DNA of 64,000 bases from Eledone cirrhosa (Eukaryota). Shown here piece by piece: positions 56,631 to 64,000 of the stretch. Under the pieces are notes generated by a model. It searched no databases. It had not been told where the DNA came from and was given only the letters and a program-made list of their open reading frames with translations. Positions within the stretch are counted from its first letter, which is position 1, and the number at the start of each line of letters is the position of its first letter. The stretch is from positions 359,662,001-359,726,000 of the forward strand of contig OZ024742.1 in NCBI GenBank assembly GCA_964016885.1, written 5' to 3'. The translations under genes and the position numbers were made by a program.

Positions 56631-56802
56631 ATAATTGTTTCTACTTTTGGCACAAGGCCAGCAATTATCCAGTACATTACTGGTACTTTATTTTATCGAC
56701 CCCGTAAGGATGAAAAGCAAAGTTAACCTCGACGGGATTTGAACTCAGACTGTAAAGGGACGTAACTAGGCTAGAAAGCATGACGTCCAACCCTCTACCG
56801 AT
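56631..56802 (-). mobile_element. SINE copy whose head is cut at the junction with PLE-5
   Basis: Collinear with the other copies up to CCCTCTACCGATA, then switches to PLE sequence. Confidence 0.87.
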
Positions 56803-56808
56803 AAATAG

Positions 56809-57612
56809 AATAAAAATAGAAGGAGATTAAATACTTATTTTAACCCACCATATAATCAGGAAGTATTAACTAATATCCCTAGGTCTTTCTTTTCTATCTT
56901 AGAGAAAAATTTCCCCCCTTCTCATAAATACCATAGTATTTTTAATAAAAATGTTATTAAACTTTCATTCTCTACCACCCCTAATATTAGTTCTCATTTA
57001 GCTAGCACTAACAATAGGAAAATTAGGGATGGATTCTCCTCTCTACATACTACTAGTCTGAACGGATCTGGAAATGCATTACCACCAGAACAGACCTTAT
57101 CTAATAGCAATCCTACGTGTAATGCATCACCACTTGAGCCAACCAATAACACCCGGAAGTGTAACTGTAGAGTGAGTGCTAACTGCCCTTTAAACGGTAA
57201 CTGCCTCTCTAAGAACATTGTCTATGCTTGCGTAGTTATAACTAATTCCTCTAATAGAACTTATATAGGCTCTACATCTAACACTTTTAAGACTAGGTTT
57301 AATTCTCATATCTCTAATATCAAACATGTTAAGTTTAAGAATTCTACTTCTTTAGCACATTATATCTGGGATCTTAAGGGGGCTAATATACCATATAGCC
57401 TTAACTGGCGTTTAGTAGCACGCTCTAATAACCTTTCTATACATACTAAATTTTGTAATCTCTGTATCCTCGAGACACACTCTATAATTTTCTCTAGCGA
57501 ATCCTTACTTAATAGAAAGTCTGAGATATTCTCTTCTTGCCCCTACGCTATTTCTAATTCTTACTTTTATTATAAACCTAAAGGTTCTAGTAGTACAAAT
57601 TGTATCCATTAG
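56809..57612 (+). pseudogene. PLE-5 linker and GIY-YIG endonuclease; uninterrupted frame longer than the track ORF 57172..57612
   Basis: YFNPPYNQEVLTNIPRSFFSILEKNFPPSHKYHSIFNKNVIKLSFSTTPN...CNCRVSANCPLNGNCLSKNIVYAC...TYIGSTSNTFKTRF...CNLCILE...LLNRKSE. Confidence 0.88.
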
Positions 57613-59351
57613 CTGATATATTCCATTACTTATTTTTTAGTTTAGGTTCTTTTTGTTTACCACCATTATTATCATCATTATTATCATTGGTTTTTGACAA
57701 CTCTTTATTCTAGCTCTCATAATCTTTTGGCTACTATACCATATCTATCTTCTTACGCATTAAATTTTCACTATTAACACCTTATGAGTATATATCTGAT
57801 TATATATTTTACATTATTTTATTTTATTTCATTTCTTTTTATTTTATTTTATTTTATTTTTATTTTTATTTTTATTTGGATTCTTCTTTGGATACCCCCC
57901 CCCATGCGCACATAAACTTATTGTCAACCCCTCCAAATAGATTATGATTATATTTAATCCCCCCCTCTTTTACGCTCCTTTCTATTATTTAATATAGTAT
58001 ATTGACTATGATTTTATGCCCCTTTGTATCCTCCATATATTTCTTTATTTCTGTCCCTATTAGCCTACCATAATTCTGCTTAAGTCAGTTTTTTAGATAT
58101 CGTTATGTATATGATAGTAGAAAATTTCATTCCTTTTTGTAAATATTTGTAACGAAATATTAACGTTTATAAATTTTGATTACTTAAACCATAGCTAATA
58201 TTATATTGCCTTATTGGATATTTTAAATATTTTTAATATTAATTTATCAAATAGGGTTTTCGAGTCATTTACCGGGGTTGTTTCCTAAGTTTTTACTTAA
58301 CTGCATGTGAGACCTAAATGTATACTTTTGTTTTTGTTTTTTAATTTCCGGTTGATTCTATTTATTTTATTTTATATTTTATTTGTAATACTACTGTGCA
58401 TTATATTTACTGTCTGGCCCTTACTCACTCATCCACATATATGTCTGTTTACCAACCATGTAATTATAAGTAATTATATATTATATTATGTTAATTATTT
58501 TATATTATATTGTATTTGTTATTGTAATATCGATCCTTATTACTTACCGTTGATTATATGTAACATTGTGATATGTTAAACTTTATATATCATGTAAGAT
58601 GTTTATATTTTTGTACCATCATAATTTTGGGTATTGTACAATTTATATTTTTTCTCACCCACTCTGTAACTCTATATGAATTGATTTGTTAACTTGCATG
58701 CCATTATATATTGTATATTATATATGTTATTATATTATTATTATAGTATTATTGTGACATCTATATTGTTTATGTAAATTAACCGGAGATTATCTATTCT
58801 ATTATATTATATTATATAGTATATAATTGTATAGTTTATTATATATTATATGTGCTACTTATAATAATATCATATTATTACCTCATGTATATTGGGTATA
58901 TGTATTATTATTATTATTATTATTTTTATTCCTATCATGTTTATTTATATTTAAACTCTTAATAAGGTTTAATTTGTGCTGTTGAAGATGGATATGTGTA
59001 TTGATGTATGTGTATGTGTGCGTACGTGTGCGTACATATATACATATGTATATTGTACCTTTTGATTTTTATTGTAATTTTAATATTGGTAAAGGTATAT
59101 TATATTATATTACATTGTATTATATATAATTTCTGCTCTATATAACCACCTTTGCTTAGCTCTAGGGTTCTTTTTGCTTTGGACTATATTTGTAATATGG
59201 TTCTAAATGTTATACACCTCCTTAGTGATTTTTATTATATATTTTTATTATATATTTTTACCCATAATCTTGCAATACTTTAGTGTATGTACACTCCATA
59301 TTCTTCTGAGTTTCCAGCTTGTATTGGCCGATAATACTTCTTGTTGTTTTA

Positions 59352-59396
59352 ATTGCCCTGATGAGTCCTTAATAGGACGAAACATTGTTGGCTAAT
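59352..59396 (+). ncRNA. Canonical-core minimal type I hammerhead ribozyme
   Basis: GCC CTGATGA GTCCT-TAAT-AGGAC GAAA C-ATT-G TT GGC. Perfect 5-bp stem II, GUU triplet, AATAAA at 59394-59399. Confidence 0.85.
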
Positions 59397-59539
59397 AAAG
59401 ACTTTTGATGTATTGAAGGCTTCTTTGTTTTACTTTCATAATTCTTCGGCTCTGTTTAATTACATTGAGCTATACCTTTTACTGTCATTTCTATAATACG
59501 AAGAGGGTGTTTAACTCCAACACGCTCCAGTATTTTAAT

Positions 59540-59609
<70 letters not shown>

Positions 59610-59804
59610 AGAGAGAGAGAGAAAGTAATGTAAATGTTAAAGGGTTAAGAAAGTCAAAACCTAAGACTGTAGAAAAAGAAGGAATTATTGCAACGTGGCA
59701 TGGATTGTCTCGCTGGCGGATTTTGACGTTTGTCTTTACAGGAGGATAGTGGAAACATTCGCTGTCACTACGGAAGTACCAGTTACAAGCAGATATATCA
59801 AACA

Positions 59805-60325
59805 CGCTGGTACTTTATTTTATCGGTGAAGTTGAACTAGACGAGATTTGAACTCAGAATGTAGGAAATCGTGAGAAAACGCTACAAATCATTTTGTCCG
59901 ACATTCTACCGAAATAGTGAAAAGTAAATGTAAATGTGACTAATCTAAATTTAGAAGACAAACAGAAATATAAATACCACCGACCACCGTGTATTAAATG
60001 AAAGATATGATAAAATACAATGTTAGTGTAGCGCGTGTAGCTCGGAGATAAGAGAGTCACTCCAGTTAGAATTGTGAGATCACAGCTCTTATACTATAGA
60101 CATGTGGTTAGAATGTCTCAGGAAAGAATTGCTACGCATTCTATCGAGTAATGCTACTCCAAAGACCCTATGGAGGTACCCCGATTCGGCTGTTTGTATA
60201 CGTCCTGAAAGGATGAAAGGTAAATTTTGACCTCAGCGGGATTTGAACTCAGAACTTAAATAGCCGTAACATATATCGGAAACCATTTGTCCGAATTTCT
60301 GACTACATTTCCGATCGACCGCCCT
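59805..60325 (-). mobile_element. Two old SINE fragments (59805-59910 and 60205-60325)
   Basis: CTGGTACTTTATTTTATCG...GATTTGAACTCAGAA and GAAAGGATGAAAGG...GACCTCAGCGGGATTTGAACTCAGAAC. Confidence 0.65.
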
Positions 60326-60340
60326 GATATTGATTATAAT

Positions 60341-63300
60341 GGAGAGATAGTGTGGTGAGGAGAAGGGAGAGATAGTGTGGTGAGGAGAAGGGAGAGATAG
60401 TGTGGTGAGGAGAAGGGAGAGATAGTGTGGTGAGGAGAAGGGAGAGATAGTGTGGTGAGGAGAAGGGGGAGATAATGTGGTGAGGAGAAGGGAGAGATAG
60501 TGTGGTGAGGAGAAGGGAGAGATAATGTAGTGAGGAGAAGGGAGAGACAGTGTCGTGAGGAGAAAGGAGAGATAGTCTGGTGAGGAGAAGGGAGAGATGG
60601 TGTGGTGAGGAGAAGGGAGAGATGGTGTGGTGAGGAGAAGGGAGAGATGGTGTGGTGAGGAGAAGGGAGAGATGGTGTGGTGAGGAGAAGGGAGAGATAG
60701 TGTGGTGAGGAGAAGGGAGAGATAGTGTGGTGAGGAGAAGGGGGAGATAATGTGGTGAGGAGAAGGGAGAGATAGTCTGGTGAGGAGAAGGGAGAGATGG
60801 TGTGGTGAGGAGAAGGGAGAGATAGTGTGGTGAGGAGAAGGGAGAGACAGTGTGGTGAGGAGAAGGGAGAGATAGTCTGGTGAGGAGAAGGGAGAGATGG
60901 TCTGGTGAGGAGAAGGGAGAGATAGTGTGGTGAGGAGAAGGGAGAGACAGTGTGGTGAGGAGAAGGGAGAGATGGTGTGGTGAGGAGAAGGGAGAGATAG
61001 TGTGGTGAGGAGAAGGGAGAGACAGTGTGGTGAGGAGAACGGAGAGATAATGTAGTGAGGAGAAGGGAGAGACAGTGTCGTGAGGAGAAGGGAGAGATAG
61101 TCTGGTGAGGAGAAGGGAGAGATGGTGTGGTGAGGAGAAGGGAGAGACAGTGTGGTGAGGAGAAGGGAGAGATAGTGTGGTGAGGAGAAGGGAGAGATAG
61201 TGTGGTGAGGAGAAGGGAGAGATAGTGTGGTGAGGAGAAGGGAGAGATAGTGTGGTGAGGAGAAGGGAGAGATAGTGTGGTGAGGAGAAGGGAGAGACAG
61301 TGTGGTGAGGAGAAGGGAGAGATAGTGTGGTGAGGAGAAGGGAGAGACAGTGTGGTGAGGAGAAGGGAGAGATAGTGTGGTGAGGTGGAGGGAGAGATAG
61401 TGTGGTGAGGAGAAGGGAGAGATAGTGTGGTGAGAAGGGAGAGATAGTGTGGTGAGGAGAAGGGAGAGATAGTGTGGTGAGGTGGAGGGAGAGATAGTGT
61501 GGTGAGGAGAAGGGAGAGATAGTGTGGTGAGGAGAAGGAAGAGATTGTGTGGTGAGGAGAAGGGAGAGATAATGTGGTGAGGAGAAGGGAGAGATAGTGT
61601 GGTGAGGAGAAGGGAGAGATAGTGTGGTGAGGAGAAGGGAGAGATAGTGTGGTGAGGAGAAGGGAGAGATAGTGTGGTGAGGAGAAGGGAGAGACAGTGT
61701 GGTGAGGAGAAGGGAGAGATAGTGTGGTGAGGTGGAGGGAGAGATAGTGTGGTGAGGAGAAGGGAGAGATAGTGTGGTGAGAAGGGAGAGATAGTGTGGT
61801 GAGGAGAAGGGAGAGATAGTGTGGTGAGGAGAAGGGAGAGATAGTGTGGTGAGGAGAAGGAAGAGATTGTGTGGTGAGGAGAAGGGAGAGATAATGTGGT
61901 GAGGAGAAGGGAGAGATAGTGTGGTGAGGAGAAGGGAGAGATAGTGTGGTGAGGAGAAGGGAGAGATAGTGTGGTGAGGAGAAGGGAGAGATAGTGTGGT
62001 GAGGAGAAGGGAGAGACAGTGTGGTGAGGAGAAGGGAGAGATAGTGTGGTGAGGTGGAGGGAGAGATAGTGTGGTGAGGAGAAGGGAGAGATAGTGTGGT
62101 GAGGAGAAGGGAGAGATAGTGTGGTGAGGAGAAGGAAGAGATTGTGTGGTGAGGAGAAGGGAGAGATAATGTGGTGAGGAGAAGGGAGAGATAGTGTGGT
62201 GAGGAGAAGGGAGAGATAGTGTGGTGAGGAGAAGGGAGAGATAGTGTGGTGAGGAGAAGGGAGAGATAGTGTGGTGAGGAGAAGGGAGAGACAGTGTGGT
62301 GAGGAGAAGGGAGAGATAGTGTGGTGAGGTGGAGGGAGAGATAGTGTGGTGAGGAGAAGGGAGAGATAGTGTGGTGAGAAGGGAGAGATAGTGTGGTGAG
62401 GAGAAGGGAGAGATAGTGTGGTGAGGAGAAGGGAGAGATAGTGTGGGGAGGAGAAGTGAGAGATAGTGTGGTGAGGAGAAGGGAGAGATAGTGTGGTGAG
62501 GAGAAGGGAGAGATAGTGTGGTGAGGAGAAGGGAGAGATAATGTGGTGAGGAGAAGGGAGAGATAGTGTGGTGAGGAGAAGGGAGAGATAGTGTGGTGAG
62601 GAGAAGGGAGAGACAGTGTGGTGAGGAGAAGGGAGAGATAGTGTGGTGAGGAGAAGGGAGAGATAATGTAGTGAGGTAGAGGGAGAGATAGTGTGGTGAG
62701 GAGAAGGGAGAGATAGTGTGGTGAGGAGAAGGGAGAGATAGTGTGGTGAGGTGGAGGGAGAGATATGTGGTGAGGAGAAGGGAGAGATAGTGTGGTGAGG
62801 AGAAGGGAGAGATAGTGTGGTGAGGAGAAGGGAGAGATAATGTAGTGAGGTGGAGGGAGAGATAGTGTGGTGAGAGAAGGGAGAGATAGTGTGGTGAGGT
62901 GGAGGGAGAGATATGTGGTGAGGAGAAGGGAGAGACAGTCTGGTGAGGAGAAGGGAGAGATAGTGTGGTGAGGAGAAGGGAGAGATAGTGTGGTGAGGAG
63001 AAGGGAGAGATAGTGTGGTGAGGTGGAGGGAGAGATAGTGTGGTGAGGAGAAGGGAGAGATAGTGTGGTGAGGAGAAGGAAGAGATAGTGTGGTGAGGAG
63101 AAGGGAGAGATAATGTGGTGAGGAGAAGGGAGAGATAGTGTGGTGAGGAGAAGGGAGAGATAATGTGGTGAGAAGGGAGAGATAGTGTGGTGAGGAGAAG
63201 GGAGAGACAGTGTGGTGAGGAGAAGGGAGAGATGGTGTGGTGAGGAGAAGGGAGAGATGGTGTGGTGAGGAGAAGGGAGAGATAATGTGGTGAGGAGAAG

Positions 63301-64000
63301 GGAGAGACAGTCTGGTGAGGAGAAGGGAGAGACAGTGTGGTGAGGAGAAGGGAGAGATAGTGTGGTGAGGAGAAGGGAGAGACAGTGTGGTGAGGAGAAG
63401 GGAGAGATAGTGTGGTGAGGAGAAGGGAGAGACAGTCTGGTGAGGAGAAGGGAGAGACAGTGTGGTGAGGAGAAGGGAGAGATAGTGTGGTGAGGAGAAG
63501 GGAGAGATAGTGTGGTGAGGAGAAGGGAGAGATAGTGTGGTGAGGAGAAGGGAGAGATAGTGTGGTGAGGAGAAGGGAGAGATAGTGTGGTGAGGAGAAG
63601 GGAGAGATAGTGTGGTGAGGAGAAGGGAGAGATAGTGTGGTGAGGAGAAGGGAGAGACAGTCTGGTGAGGAGAAGGGAGAGACAGTGTGGTGAGGAGAAG
63701 GGAGAGATAGTGTGGTGAGGAGAAGGGAGAGACAGTGTGGTGAGGAGAAGGGAGAGATAGTGTGGTGAGGAGAAGGGAGAGATAGTGTGGTGAGGAGAAG
63801 GGAGAGATAGTGTGGTGATGAGAAGGGAGAGATGGTGTGGTGAGGAGAAGGGAGAGATAGTGTGGTGAGGAGAAGGGAGAGATAATGTGGTGAGGAGAAG
63901 GGAGAGATAGTGTGGTGAGGAGAAGGGAGAGATAGTGTGGTGAGGAGGAGGGAGAGATAGTGTGGTGAGGAGAAGGGAGAGATAGTGTGGTGAGGAGAAG
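60341..64000. repeat. 25-bp purine-rich satellite (GGAGAGATAGTGTGGTGAGGAGAAG), about 146 copies; runs off the right edge
   Basis: Continuous 25-bp period with recurring variants. Confidence 0.98.

Larger units (their letters stand above)
56803..59540 (+). mobile_element. PLE-5, 5'-truncated: open linker and GIY-YIG frame, ~1.75-kb AT-rich 3' region, hammerhead, AATAAA and (TA)n
   Basis: Order of parts matches PLE 3' architecture. That the AT-rich stretch belongs to the element is inferred. Confidence 0.75.

Overview
Eukaryotic, repeat-only window with no host gene. The SINE families and AT/CA microsatellite load resemble a cephalopod (octopus-like) genome, which is an inference. Layout: a 24.4-kb 42-bp satellite with higher-order structure (1-24384); a mosaic of tRNA-derived SINEs, microsatellites and five 5'-truncated Penelope-like elements (PLEs) that keep only the linker and GIY-YIG endonuclease; a CR1 3' end with an internal 61-bp minisatellite; two decayed near-full-length Tx1-clade LINEs stacked head-to-tail in (AAT)n; and a 25-bp purine-rich satellite (60341-64000). 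The main signal is non-coding: seven hammerhead-ribozyme-like folds plus one weaker candidate. These include a ~421-bp tandem repeat with one extended type I hammerhead per unit (retrozyme-like) inside a 2.2-kb segment bounded by ~75-bp inverted repeats, and a core variant (CAGAAGA) shared by two PLE 3' ends. All calls were made by eye, with no searches or folding runs.
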